Source: an uncultured Clostridia bacterium (GTDB taxonomy: Bacteria > Bacillota > Clostridia > TANB77 > CAG-508). Taken from it: DNA of 64,000 bases. The notes under the pieces were generated by a model. The model made no database searches. It was not told where the DNA came from and saw nothing but the letters and a program-made list of their open reading frames with translations. A program made the position numbers and the translations under genes. The DNA is taken from contig CALXHG010000002.1 of NCBI GenBank assembly GCA_944388045.1, positions 905 to 64,904 of the forward strand, in the 5' to 3' direction. Below are positions 1-12,366 of this stretch, in pieces. How positions within the stretch are numbered: the stretch's first letter is position 1; each line of letters starts with the position of its first letter.

Positions 1-1
1 A

Positions 2-514
2 GATTATAAAACAATAAATGAAGAATTAAAAAAATATAGTGAAAAATTATCAAATAAAAAACAAATTATTGTAGCAAACAAAATAGATATAATGCAAGAT
101 GATACAGGTTTAAAGGAACTAGAAGAAATGGCAAAAAAAGAAAATCTGGAATTATTCAAAATTTCTGGTGTAACAGGAGAAGGTGTAACAGAATTATTAG
201 ATAGAGTAACAACTGTTTTAAAAACTTTACCAAAAGAGGATATGGTAGAAGAAACGGAAAAAGTAGTATATACATTAGAAGAAGATGATGGCAAACAAGA
301 ATTTACAGTAAGAAAAGAAGGAGATACCTTTATTGTAGAAGGAAAAGCTGTAAATAGATTGATGGGAAGAATTAATATAGATGATAATGAATCAATGTAT
401 TATTTCCAGAAGAAATTAAAAGAATTAGGAATTGAAGCAGAACTAAAGAAACAAGGTATTTGTGAAGGAGATTATGTAAAAATGTTAAACTGGACATTTG
501 AGTGGTATGAGTAA
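2..514 (+). CDS. obg: GTPase Obg, C-terminal part (5' end lies upstream of the window)
   Basis: Frame is open from the window edge (..KKQIIVANKIDIMQDD.. = NKxD box). It continues into a Firmicute-type Obg C-terminal extension (..FTVRKEGDTFIVEGKAVNRLMGRINIDDNESMYYFQKKLKELGIE..). The ORF-track start at 92 is an internal Met. Confidence 0.85.
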   Translation, partial: DYKTINEELKKYSEKLSNKKQIIVANKIDIMQDDTGLKELEEMAKKENLELFKISGVTGEGVTELLDRVTTVLKTLPKEDMVEETEKVVYTLEEDDGKQEFTVRKEGDTFIVEGKAVNRLMGRINIDDNESMYYFQKKLKELGIEAELKKQGICEGDYVKMLNWTFEWYE

Positions 515-647
515 GCATTTTTAATTTACTATATTTTTTAATATCTCCTTTATAATTTTTCTAAGAGATAGAATAAACCTAAAGAATTTAATGTAAGAAA
601 TATAAGAAATATATCAATATAGGAATATATAAAGGAGATGAAAATAA

Positions 648-1499
648 ATGAATATTTTTATAGAAATAATTGAACATACATTACTTGATAGTATAAAACT
701 AATTCCATTTTTATTTTTAACATATTTATTAATGGAATATATTGAACACAAAACAAGTAATAAAGTTAGACAAACTATACAGAAATCAGGAAAACTAGGT
801 CCACTATTTGGTGGACTAGTTGGAATTGTACCTCAATGTGGATTTTCTGTTTCTGCAACTAATTTATATGCAGCAAGAGTAATTTCATTAGGAACATTAA
901 TAGCAGTATATTTAACAACATCTGATGAGATGTTACCAATTTTAATTTCAGAAAATATAGCCATTACAACAATTCTAACAATTTTAGGTATAAAACTAGT
1001 AATAGGAATTTTGGCAGGTTTTGTTATTGATTTTATATTAAGAAAATTAAATAAAAATAAATTAGAAGAAAAAATAGTTGATATATGTGAACATGAACAT
1101 TGTCACTGCGAAGAAGGAATTATAAAATCTTCTATAAAACATACATTAAGTATATTTGTTTACATAGTAATAATAACATTTATATTAAATATTGTTATTC
1201 ATTTAATAGGAGAAGAAACACTAGCACATTTTGCAAGTAAAAATATAATACTTGGACCTGTTGTAGCCGGATTAATAGGATTAATTCCAAACTGTGCATC
1301 ATCTGTTATATTAACACAATTATTTGTAGAAAATGTAATTTCTATGCCAATTCTAGTCTCTGGATTATGTGTTAATGCAGGTGTAGGTTTACTTGTGTTA
1401 TTTAGAATTAATAAAAATTTAAAAGAAAATATAAAAATTACAGGACTATTATATGCAATAGGTGTAATTTCTGGAATTTTACTAGAAATTATAATATAA
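648..1499 (+). CDS. Multi-pass membrane protein, ArsP_2 / putative manganese-heavy-metal permease family (PF11449-like)
   Basis: Two-fold repeated TM architecture with GIVPQCGFS..TTSDEMLPIL and LIPNCASSV motifs. A Cys/His-rich loop (CEHEHCHCEEG) sits between the halves. RBS AAAGGAG precedes the ATG. Confidence 0.6.
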   Translation: MNIFIEIIEHTLLDSIKLIPFLFLTYLLMEYIEHKTSNKVRQTIQKSGKLGPLFGGLVGIVPQCGFSVSATNLYAARVISLGTLIAVYLTTSDEMLPILISENIAITTILTILGIKLVIGILAGFVIDFILRKLNKNKLEEKIVDICEHEHCHCEEGIIKSSIKHTLSIFVYIVIITFILNIVIHLIGEETLAHFASKNIILGPVVAGLIGLIPNCASSVILTQLFVENVISMPILVSGLCVNAGVGLLVLFRINKNLKENIKITGLLYAIGVISGILLEIII

Positions 1500-1538
1500 A
1501 AATTTTTAAAATTTAGTTATTATTAATGTGTAAACCCC

Positions 1539-1644
1539 AAATTTTGATATATTAATAATAAATAACTTTTTAATATGATTGGAGGAAATTCTTATATTTC
1601 CGTATTGAGTTGAAAATTTATGCAACTATTAATATATCAAATTT
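1539..1644 (-). repeat. Long-hairpin repeat family A, apex-less copy (a0), inverted relative to copy a3
   Basis: 1539-1590 matches the reverse complement of the a3 right arm (19927-19985). 1585-1644 matches the reverse complement of the a3 left arm (19786-19846). The ~90-bp G+C-rich apex is absent. Confidence 0.7.
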
Positions 1645-1863
1645 TTATAAAAACAGAAATGTAATAAATTTTATAAAATTACTTGAAATTTTAGCTAATT
1701 TATAGGATAATATATATGTAGGCTTATAAATAATTGAATTATATATTAAACTTAATTATTTTGAAATATCAAAATTTAATAACAAAATATAATATTTTAT
1801 ATAATAAAATGTATGAATATTAACAAAAAGAAAATAAATAATAAAAAATGAAAGGGAAAAATA

Positions 1864-4206
1864 ATGAAATTATTTGATAAATTTTTAAAAAAATTAAATG
1901 CAAGTAGAAATACATTTGCAACATATATATTAACATTAATTTCATTTTATTTAGCAATAGATAGAATTGTTGAAATGCTAATAATGATATTCACAGGGGT
2001 ATCTGTATCATATTGGGGACCATTTATGTATACATTTGCATTAGCATGTCCTGTGTTTGCATATTTGTTTTCTGGAGCATCAGAATTTGCTTCATCTAAA
2101 AATACAAAAGTAACTTTATTTTATGTATATGTTGTTGGACTTTATATAATTGCAATTTCGATGGTAACACAATGGGTAAATCAAGGCTCATGGCTGCTTT
2201 TAATCTCATTGCCTGGATATACTGAACTTGTATCAGATTTTTCAGAATTAATTAGACCAGCATTAACATCACTTGCAATATATTTTCCATTAGTTACATT
2301 TTATAGTGTAATAAAATTTATCCGTCTTGGTGTTGGTGACAGTAAAGACTGGACTAGATCACTTTGGGATTATAAAGGAATTAATTTATCAGATACAAAA
2401 CAAGGACATGGACCATTTACATGTGATATTACAATTTGTAATGATGCAGAAACTGGTAAAAAAGTTGTATTTGGTGAACAAAAAAGATTTCAATCATTAC
2501 TTGTTTGTGGAGGTTCAGGAACAGGTAAAACATCATTAATAATAGAACCATTTGTTGCAAAAGATATTGAGAAAAAAGCTTTTTATTGGGCAAATGCAAA
2601 AGAAATGGGATATACAGCATTAAAAACAGGAATAGCAGTATTAAATAGACCTTATGGAAATGAATATCTAAATGAAAATTTTTCATTAGATATGTTAACA
2701 CCAGCTCAAGGAAAAGAAGCAATTTATAAATCATATATGAATAAAATGATATTAGACTCAAATGGAGAAAATTATTCTTATAAAAATTTGGGAATTACAG
2801 CCATTTCACCAGATTATGAATCAACTTCAAAAATGATGAATATTTGTAGCAATTTCCATATAAAATACAACATAATAGATCCTTCAAATAGAGATTCTAT
2901 AGGTTTAAATCCATTTATATATGATGATGCTAATAAAATTGCTATAACAATTTCATCAGCATTAAAAGCAATGTATGTAAATTCACATCCAGAAATTGAT
3001 GATGTATATAGAGAAGAATTTATAATTCAAGCAATTGAAAATTTAGCAATTATGTTAAAAGAAATGTATCCACGTTTAAATAGTGGTAATTTACCAAATT
3101 TAGATGATATGTTAAAAATGTTAACAAATTATAGTTTGGTACAAAAAATGTGTGAGATTATGTGCCAAGACCAAGAACTTGCAGAAAAATATGAAAGTCA
3201 AATTACATATTTTAAAAGAAATTTCTATTCAAATGGTGTTGGAAGAGCGTTAACAGAACAATATTTATATTTGGCAGTATCTCAATTAGATAATTTGTTA
3301 AGATTACCAGGTGTAAAATCAATATTATGCAATAGACATTATAATATAGACTTTGATAAAGCATTAGCAAATGGAGAAGTTACATTTGTATGTACACGTA
3401 GAGGGGATTTAGGAAGAACAAGTCATAAAGCTTTTGGATTGTTTTTTATTTTAGCAATGCAAAATGCAGTATTAAGAAGACCTGGAAATGAAAAGAGTAG
3501 AATTCCTCATTTCTTTTATATAGATGAATTTCCAGACTTTATATGTAAAGATACAGAAGCAATATTTACATTATATAGAAAATATAAGGTAGCAACTACA
3601 ATAACAGCACAAAACTTATCACAATTAGAGGGAAATGCACCAGATATGAAATATAGAGAAACTATCATTTCAAACTGTGCAAACAAGATTTTCTTAGGAA
3701 ATGCAGATAATACAGAACTAGAATGGTGGCGTAAAGAAATGTATCAAAGAAGAACTTGGAAATGGAAAAATAGTATGGACATGAGTAAACTAGAATATGA
3801 CTCTAAATGGGGTGATGTAAGCTATACTTATGAAGACTATTGGGCTGCAAACAAATTGGGAACAATGCCATTTAAGAGTGCTGCAATAAAACTAAAAGGT
3901 GATAATGGAGCATACCAAATTAATGAAGGAAAATTAGATTTTGTTGGTGCTAAATATAAAGAAGTTCAACCAATAAAAGTATATAATTTTGAAAAATTCA
4001 CTTCTGGATTAATAAATGAAGAAGATAAAGAAAGTAGAAGACAAAAATTTGATCCAAAACATATTAATTTTGTTGATGACAGAAATGAAATTGACCCAAT
4101 TCAAACAGATACAACAGATTCAGGTTTTATATTTGATAATGAAGATGCAGTTGTAGTTAAATTTAAAAAGAGTAAAAAAAATAATGGAAATAGTGAAAAT
4201 AATTAA
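1864..4206 (+). CDS. Membrane-anchored TraD/TraG/VirD4-like (type IV coupling protein-like) P-loop ATPase, orphan
   Basis: About 5 N-terminal TM helices. Then Walker A LLVCGGSGTGKTS, IGLNPF, TRRGDLG, Walker B FFYIDEFPDF and TAQNLSQL, in the motif order of T4CP/FtsK-like ATPases. Good RBS. No other transfer genes nearby. Confidence 0.6.
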   Translation: MKLFDKFLKKLNASRNTFATYILTLISFYLAIDRIVEMLIMIFTGVSVSYWGPFMYTFALACPVFAYLFSGASEFASSKNTKVTLFYVYVVGLYIIAISMVTQWVNQGSWLLLISLPGYTELVSDFSELIRPALTSLAIYFPLVTFYSVIKFIRLGVGDSKDWTRSLWDYKGINLSDTKQGHGPFTCDITICNDAETGKKVVFGEQKRFQSLLVCGGSGTGKTSLIIEPFVAKDIEKKAFYWANAKEMGYTALKTGIAVLNRPYGNEYLNENFSLDMLTPAQGKEAIYKSYMNKMILDSNGENYSYKNLGITAISPDYESTSKMMNICSNFHIKYNIIDPSNRDSIGLNPFIYDDANKIAITISSALKAMYVNSHPEIDDVYREEFIIQAIENLAIMLKEMYPRLNSGNLPNLDDMLKMLTNYSLVQKMCEIMCQDQELAEKYESQITYFKRNFYSNGVGRALTEQYLYLAVSQLDNLLRLPGVKSILCNRHYNIDFDKALANGEVTFVCTRRGDLGRTSHKAFGLFFILAMQNAVLRRPGNEKSRIPHFFYIDEFPDFICKDTEAIFTLYRKYKVATTITAQNLSQLEGNAPDMKYRETIISNCANKIFLGNADNTELEWWRKEMYQRRTWKWKNSMDMSKLEYDSKWGDVSYTYEDYWAANKLGTMPFKSAAIKLKGDNGAYQINEGKLDFVGAKYKEVQPIKVYNFEKFTSGLINEEDKESRRQKFDPKHINFVDDRNEIDPIQTDTTDSGFIFDNEDAVVVKFKKSKKNNGNSENN

Positions 4207-4235
4207 GCAGTGCAAATTAATTTGCACTGCATTTT
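4207..4235 (+). terminator. Rho-independent terminator after the T4CP-like gene
   Basis: Perfect palindrome GCAGTGCAAATT/AATTTGCACTGC followed by ATTTT, immediately after the stop at 4206. Confidence 0.7.
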
Positions 4236-4264
4236 AAAAATAAGTAATATATATTTTATAATTT

Positions 4265-4471
4265 TATAGAAATTTATATATTTTATTTTTTTATTATTCC
4301 TACTCACTTCATTCAAAAAGAATTCATAAGGCTTTCTCATGAGCCTCTTTCACTCCGACCCTCTCGTAAACTCGAGTACCGTGAACATCCCTCATTCGAA
4401 TGCCTAATGAATTCTAATTTTCATTTCGTTCGAACGTCATAATTTAAAAATAAAATATATAAATTTCTGTA
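4265..4471 (+). repeat. Long-hairpin repeat family A, copy a1
   Basis: Outer arms TATAGAAATTTATATATTTTATTTTT (4265-4291) and AAAAATAAAATATATAAATTTCTGTA (4446-4471) are complementary. Inner arms are AAGAATTCATAAGG.. / ..CCTAATGAATTCTAA. Conserved apex lies at 4341-4394. Confidence 0.8.
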
Positions 4472-4504
4472 AGAGATATAAAAAAATAATATTATAAAAA
4501 AATA

Positions 4505-4533
4505 TTGAAAAAATATTGAAAAAATAGTAAAAT
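4505..4533 (+). promoter_or_regulatory. Sigma-A-type promoter candidate for queA
   Basis: TTGAAA-N17-TAAAAT about 25 nt upstream of the queA start. Confidence 0.4.
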
Positions 4534-4555
4534 AAAAAGGAAAGAGGAGAAAAAA

Positions 4556-5581
4556 TTGAAATTAACAGACTTTAATTATGAATTACCAGAAAAATTAATA
4601 GCACAAGTACCAATAAAAAATAGAGATGAATCCAGATTAATGGTTTTAAATAGAAAAAAACAAACAATAGAACATAAAATTTTCAAAGATATAATAGATT
4701 ATTTAGAACCAGGAGATTGTCTTGTAAGAAACAATACAAAGGTTTTACCAGCAAGACTTTATGGAAAAAAAGAAACAGGAGCAAATGTTGAATTTTTATT
4801 ATTAAATAGAATAGAAGAAGACATTTGGGAATGTATAGTAAGACCAGGTAATAAGTTACATGTTGGAACAAAAGTGATATTTGGAGATGGAGAACTTAAT
4901 GCAGATATTTTAGAAGTAATGCCAGGTGGAACTAGAAAAGTTAAATTCTTTTATAAAGGAATTTTTAATGAAATTTTAGATAGAATTGGTTTAATGCCAC
5001 TTCCACCATATATACATGAAGATTTAAAACAAAATGATAGATATCAAACAGTTTATGCAAAATATGAAGGTTCTGCAGCAGCACCAACAGCAGGATTACA
5101 TTTTACAGAAGAGTTATTAAAACAACTTGAAGAAAAAGGTGTAGTTATAGCAAATGTAACATTACATGTAGGAATTGGAACATTTAGACCAGTTAAAGTT
5201 GAAAATATAGAAGAACATGAAATGCATTCAGAACATTTTTATATAAAACAAGAAGATGTAGAAAAAATTAATAATGCAAAAAAGAATGGCAAAAGAGTAA
5301 TTTCTGTTGGAACAACATCTTGTAGAGTTTTAGAAACTATAAGCTCACCAGAAAATGGATTAGTAAAAGTTGCAGAAGGAGATACAAGTATATTTATTTA
5401 TCCGGGATATAAATTTAAATGTATAGATGGATTAATAACCAATTTTCATTTACCAGAATCAACATTATTAATGTTGGTTTCAGCATTAGCAGGGAGAGAA
5501 TATATTATGAAAGCATATCATGAAGCAGTAGAAAAAGAATATAGATTTTTTAGCTTTGGAGATGCTATGTTTATCTATTAA
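4556..5581 (+). CDS. queA: S-adenosylmethionine:tRNA ribosyltransferase-isomerase
   Basis: TTG start after GAGGAG. Full-length QueA-like sequence ([49 protein letters not shown]). Confidence 0.95.
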   Translation: MKLTDFNYELPEKLIAQVPIKNRDESRLMVLNRKKQTIEHKIFKDIIDYLEPGDCLVRNNTKVLPARLYGKKETGANVEFLLLNRIEEDIWECIVRPGNKLHVGTKVIFGDGELNADILEVMPGGTRKVKFFYKGIFNEILDRIGLMPLPPYIHEDLKQNDRYQTVYAKYEGSAAAPTAGLHFTEELLKQLEEKGVVIANVTLHVGIGTFRPVKVENIEEHEMHSEHFYIKQEDVEKINNAKKNGKRVISVGTTSCRVLETISSPENGLVKVAEGDTSIFIYPGYKFKCIDGLITNFHLPESTLLMLVSALAGREYIMKAYHEAVEKEYRFFSFGDAMFIY

Positions 5582-5595
5582 TTGGAGGAATACTT

Positions 5596-8576
<2,981 letters not shown>

Positions 8577-8595
8577 AGAAAATAGGAGGAAAAGT

Positions 8596-9918
8596 ATGGA
8601 ATTATATTATGAGGAATCAAATGAAAGTAAAAAGAAATCTAAAAGCCCAATTATTATAGGAATAATAATAATTTTATTAGTTATTTTAACAATTCTTGTT
8701 ATATGGACTATTTCATATTTACAAAATTCATTATTTAAAGTCAAAATAAATGGTGAATCGAATACTAATTTTAGAGACTTAATTCAAATGGAGCAAACTG
8801 CTGATGGAATAAAAATGTATTTTCCTATAAAAAGTGTTGCGAGTTTTTTAGGTTACACTGGATATACAGGTGATTTCAAAAGCAAATCAGAAGATAGTAG
8901 TAAATGTTATATAGATAATGGTGAAGAAATGGCAATGTTTACTGCTAATTCAGATTCTTTGATTATTTCTACAGATGGAACAACATATGAAGAATATACT
9001 CTGGATGAAAATGTTGTTGAAAGAAATGGGCAATTATATACAACATCTGATGGACTTATAAAGGCATTTCATGTATCATATAACTATAATTCAGGAACAA
9101 ATTCATTAGATATATATACAACAGATTATTTAACAAGTACATATGCTCAAAATTTAAAAATAGATCCAATACCAAAATTATTTAGAGATCGACAAGCAAT
9201 TTTAGAAGGGCTAATAATTGTTGAAACAGGTTCTCAAAAGAAATATGGTGTTTTAAATGTTTCTACACAAAAGTATGTTTTAGAAACAAAATATGATTCA
9301 ATTTCTTATATACCATATTCAACTGATTTTCTAGTTCAAAGTAATGGAAAATATGGAATAATGACAAAAGAAGGAAGAACAAAGATTAGTATTGCATATG
9401 ACGAAATAACACTTATGGATAATAAAAATGGATTATATCTTGTTAAAGAAGATGACTTATTTGGTGTAATAAATAATGAAGGTAAAAATATATTAAGTCC
9501 AAGTTATGAACAAATTGGAGTTGATGGTGAAACATTTGCACAAAATGCTTTAGACAATCAATATATTTTAATCGATACACTTATCCCAGTAAAATATAAT
9601 GGATATTGGGGATTTTTCAATACAGAGGGTGTACAAATAACAGATTTTGAATATACAAATGTTGGCTGTACAACATCTAATCTTGCTAACACTTATCCTG
9701 TTGTTGAAATTCCAAGTATTAAGTTGGTTGTTGTAGAAAAAGATAAGATGTATAATTTAATGGATGCAAATGGAACACTTAGAATAAATGGATTTGTACT
9801 AAATTCTGTTTATTTAACATATGATGCTACATCAGGAAAAAATTCTTATTTTATGACATATGGTGGCAATACAAACAATATTGAAGAAAGATTTAGAACA
9901 TCTTTAAGTAATTCATAA
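8596..9918 (+). CDS. Membrane-anchored WG-repeat (KWG-like) protein
   Basis: Start moved to the ATG after AGGAGG. One N-terminal TM helix. Four or more repeats of the YG(V/I)xNxxGKxxIxxxYDxI type (..KYGVLNV.., KYGIMTKEG.., LFGVINNEG.., YWGFFNTEG..). Confidence 0.6.
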   Translation: MELYYEESNESKKKSKSPIIIGIIIILLVILTILVIWTISYLQNSLFKVKINGESNTNFRDLIQMEQTADGIKMYFPIKSVASFLGYTGYTGDFKSKSEDSSKCYIDNGEEMAMFTANSDSLIISTDGTTYEEYTLDENVVERNGQLYTTSDGLIKAFHVSYNYNSGTNSLDIYTTDYLTSTYAQNLKIDPIPKLFRDRQAILEGLIIVETGSQKKYGVLNVSTQKYVLETKYDSISYIPYSTDFLVQSNGKYGIMTKEGRTKISIAYDEITLMDNKNGLYLVKEDDLFGVINNEGKNILSPSYEQIGVDGETFAQNALDNQYILIDTLIPVKYNGYWGFFNTEGVQITDFEYTNVGCTTSNLANTYPVVEIPSIKLVVVEKDKMYNLMDANGTLRINGFVLNSVYLTYDATSGKNSYFMTYGGNTNNIEERFRTSLSNS

Positions 9919-10073
9919 ATGTAAATAATAAAAACAAATGAAATAATAAAAACAAATGAAATATTATAAAAAATTTAAAAATTTAACAAAAAAGAAATAA
10001 TAGCAATATAATAAATAAAAAAACTAAAGAAAGGAGAATATACTATATTAATATAGTATAAAAGAATAAGAAA

Positions 10074-10331
10074 ATGGCAGTAAAAAGTAGAAACACATGG
10101 TTTTTAATTGTATTAGTTTGTGCAGGACTAGTTATAGGAGGATTAATTGGACAATTAGCATCTCAAATAGATTGGCTAAGTTGGTTATCATATGGTCAAG
10201 AATTTGGACTAGCAGAACCATTAACATTAGATTTAAGTGTTATAAAAATTACATTTGGATTTGTTATAAATATAAATATGGCTAGTATAATTGGAATTGC
10301 AATAGCATTAGTAATATATAGATGGTTATAA
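10074..10331 (+). CDS. DUF4321-like small membrane protein
   Basis: 85 aa with two TM segments and a pattern remembered from clostridial DUF4321 proteins (..GGLIGQL..L.YG..FGL..P..LDL.VI..TFGF...IN.ASIIG..IAL.IYR.L). Confidence 0.55.
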   Translation: MAVKSRNTWFLIVLVCAGLVIGGLIGQLASQIDWLSWLSYGQEFGLAEPLTLDLSVIKITFGFVININMASIIGIAIALVIYRWL

Positions 10332-10467
10332 AATATATATCATAATAAAGAAGAAAATAAAGAGATGGTAAATAAAAAATGATATATAAAAAGTTAATAT
10401 GTAATATGTTTATAAAATTCAATATTAAATAAAAATTATAAACATATTATAAGAGGGGATGTAATAT

Positions 10468-11523
10468 ATGAAGGGTAAAGATATTTTAAAAAATGGTAAA
10501 CATAGTTCAAAAATTTTTATGATTATGTATTTTATTTGTATAGTAACAGTAGTTTTAACTTTTTTATATGGAGCGTATAAAATAGATAAAGAAACAAATG
10601 AAGCAGTAGATTTTACAGAAAATGGTGCAATTGATTTAGAAGTAGGAAAATATGTATATATGAGAGTTGATGGACTAAGTGACTTAATTGCAACATATGG
10701 AACTAGTGATAGTGAATATTCTGATGAAAATGATAAATATTATATTGCAATAAAAGATGGATATTGGTATATTGTAAATTTAGATAATACTACATTAAAT
10801 GAACTTAAAGATATACAAGCTTATACATTAGGTCAAACAGAAACTCCACCAGAATCAGTTACAATATATGGTACAACAGAAGATGTACCACAAGAATTAA
10901 GACAAATTGCAGTTGATATATATAATGAAGGTCTTACAGAAGAGGAAAAAGTTAGTATTGATGAATTTGAACAATGTTATGGTAGTGTTTTATTAAATGC
11001 AAGAAAAACACCAGGAGATTTAACTATTGAAACAATGATAATATTTATTGCATTTATACTTTTTATAGCATTTGTAATTGCACATATTTGTGATAAAATA
11101 ACCAGAAATAAAATATACAAATATTTAAAGAAAAACGAATATGAAGAAGATTTAATACAACAATTAGATGATAATGTAGAAGAAAACTTTTTTGGTGATA
11201 AAGTGATATTTACAAAAGACTTCTTCGTAGATACATATAAATCTGGATTTTGTGCAGTAAAATATTCAGATATAAAGTGGATACATCCTCATACTATAAA
11301 ATATAATGGTATTATAGTATCAAATTGCATTACCTTACATTTAAAAGATGGAAAAACAAATATTCAATGTTTAAATGTTAGAGGCAAAATTAAACCAGAA
11401 TTTGAAAAAGTTTTTGCAAAAATTTGTGATAAAATTCCTCAAGATTCTTTAAAAGGATACACAAAAGAGAATATAAAAGAATTTAAAAATTATAAAAGAG
11501 ATTTACAAAATAAAGTAATATAA
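10468..11523 (+). CDS. Hypothetical membrane protein (two TM segments, cytoplasmic PH-like tail?)
   Basis: Long ORF with RBS GAGGGG and typical codon usage. No family recognised with confidence. Confidence 0.5.
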   Translation: MKGKDILKNGKHSSKIFMIMYFICIVTVVLTFLYGAYKIDKETNEAVDFTENGAIDLEVGKYVYMRVDGLSDLIATYGTSDSEYSDENDKYYIAIKDGYWYIVNLDNTTLNELKDIQAYTLGQTETPPESVTIYGTTEDVPQELRQIAVDIYNEGLTEEEKVSIDEFEQCYGSVLLNARKTPGDLTIETMIIFIAFILFIAFVIAHICDKITRNKIYKYLKKNEYEEDLIQQLDDNVEENFFGDKVIFTKDFFVDTYKSGFCAVKYSDIKWIHPHTIKYNGIIVSNCITLHLKDGKTNIQCLNVRGKIKPEFEKVFAKICDKIPQDSLKGYTKENIKEFKNYKRDLQNKVI

Positions 11524-11613
11524 TTAAAATGTCTAAATTTATTATTGACAAATATTTACGATTTTGATATTATTCAATAGTAATAGGAAAATATCTGATA
11601 GGAGGAAATACAA

Positions 11614-12066
11614 ATGTTAAAATTAATTAAAAATTCAAAGTTTTTATTTATAATAGGAATTCTAATAATAATAATTTCATATTGTACATATTCATATTCT
11701 GCAAGTGTAAATATGAATTTAAATACAAGTAGTACAACAAATGGAGAAACAACGAGTAGTACTACAAATTCATCAAATAATGGAACAAGTTCAACAAATG
11801 ATGAAGATGATGACGAAACATCTAATTCAGGAAATACATCAAGTACAAATACAAACAATAGTAGTTCATCAAGTAATAACTCAAATAATAGTTCAAACTC
11901 TGAAAGTTCTAAAAATAATAATTCAAATTCATCACAATTCACTACAGCTGTTAGCACATCAAGTTTTGATTTACAATTAACTAATATTTTAAGTATATGT
12001 TTAATTGTAGTTGGAGTATTACTAATTTTATTAGGAATTGCAATTTTAATTAGATTAAAAAGATAA
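11614..12066 (+). CDS. Ser/Thr/Asn-rich low-complexity protein with signal peptide and C-terminal TM anchor
   Basis: RBS AGGAGG. N-terminal hydrophobic segment, about 80 aa of S/T/N/D-rich sequence, then C-terminal ILSICLIVVGVLLILLGIAILIRLKR. Confidence 0.5.
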   Translation: MLKLIKNSKFLFIIGILIIIISYCTYSYSASVNMNLNTSSTTNGETTSSTTNSSNNGTSSTNDEDDDETSNSGNTSSTNTNNSSSSSNNSNNSSNSESSKNNNSNSSQFTTAVSTSSFDLQLTNILSICLIVVGVLLILLGIAILIRLKR

Positions 12067-12074
12067 AAAAAATA

Positions 12075-12106
12075 AACCGGTAATTTTGTACCGGTTCTCT
12101 TTTTTT
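12075..12106 (+). terminator. Rho-independent terminator built from two inverted ACCGGT repeat units
   Basis: AACCGGTA-ATTTTG-TACCGGTT hairpin followed by CTCTTTTTTT, 9 nt after the stop codon. Confidence 0.65.
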
Positions 12107-12215
12107 CTAATACCGGTTCTATTTTTTTGATAATTTGGTGCCAATTCTGGATAATTGGGTGCCGGTTCTAAAATTTGCCGATTCTGGATAATTGGGTGCC
12201 GATTCTAAATTTTTT
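12075..12215. repeat. Array of (T/G)(A/G)CCGGTTCT(C)TTTTT-type repeat units (6-7 units, some degenerate: GCCAATTCT, GCCGATTCT)
   Basis: Direct reading of TACCGGTTCTCTTTTTTT, TACCGGTTCTATTTTTTT, GGTGCCAATTCTGG, GGTGCCGGTTCTAAAA, TTGCCGATTCTGG and GGTGCCGATTCTAAATTTTTT. Related units occur at 28824-28850, 37027-37096 and 60324-60340. Confidence 0.75.
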
Positions 12216-12366
12216 ATTTACAATATAAAATTTTTTCATAATGGTTATATACAAAACTTTTGAATTATGATAAAATTATTTCATCTAAAACAAAAAGCAA
12301 GATAGTAGTTAAAAAAATATTATTAATTACTAATTATGCTAAAAAAAGAAAGGAAAGAATCTTATT

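Noticed and set aside
1864-4206. Integrated conjugative element or prophage around the T4CP-like gene.
   Set aside because: There is no integrase, relaxase, VirB4, capsid or tail gene, and no att-like repeats. The flanking genes are housekeeping.
4341-4394. Self-cleaving ribozyme (hammerhead or twister type) in the conserved apex.
   Set aside because: I could not find the CUGANGA...GAAA hammerhead core or other signature motifs I know. The stem-loop CTCAC-TTC-GTGAG alone is not diagnostic.
9921-9965. Short AT-rich direct repeats in spacers (AAATAATAAAAACAAATGAAAT x2 here; AAACAAATAAG-type x4 at 46086-46160; TTAATTGAGATTTTCT x2 at 63106-63166).
   Set aside because: These are low-complexity slippage-type repeats typical of AT-rich intergenic DNA. 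No further structure or conservation is evident.
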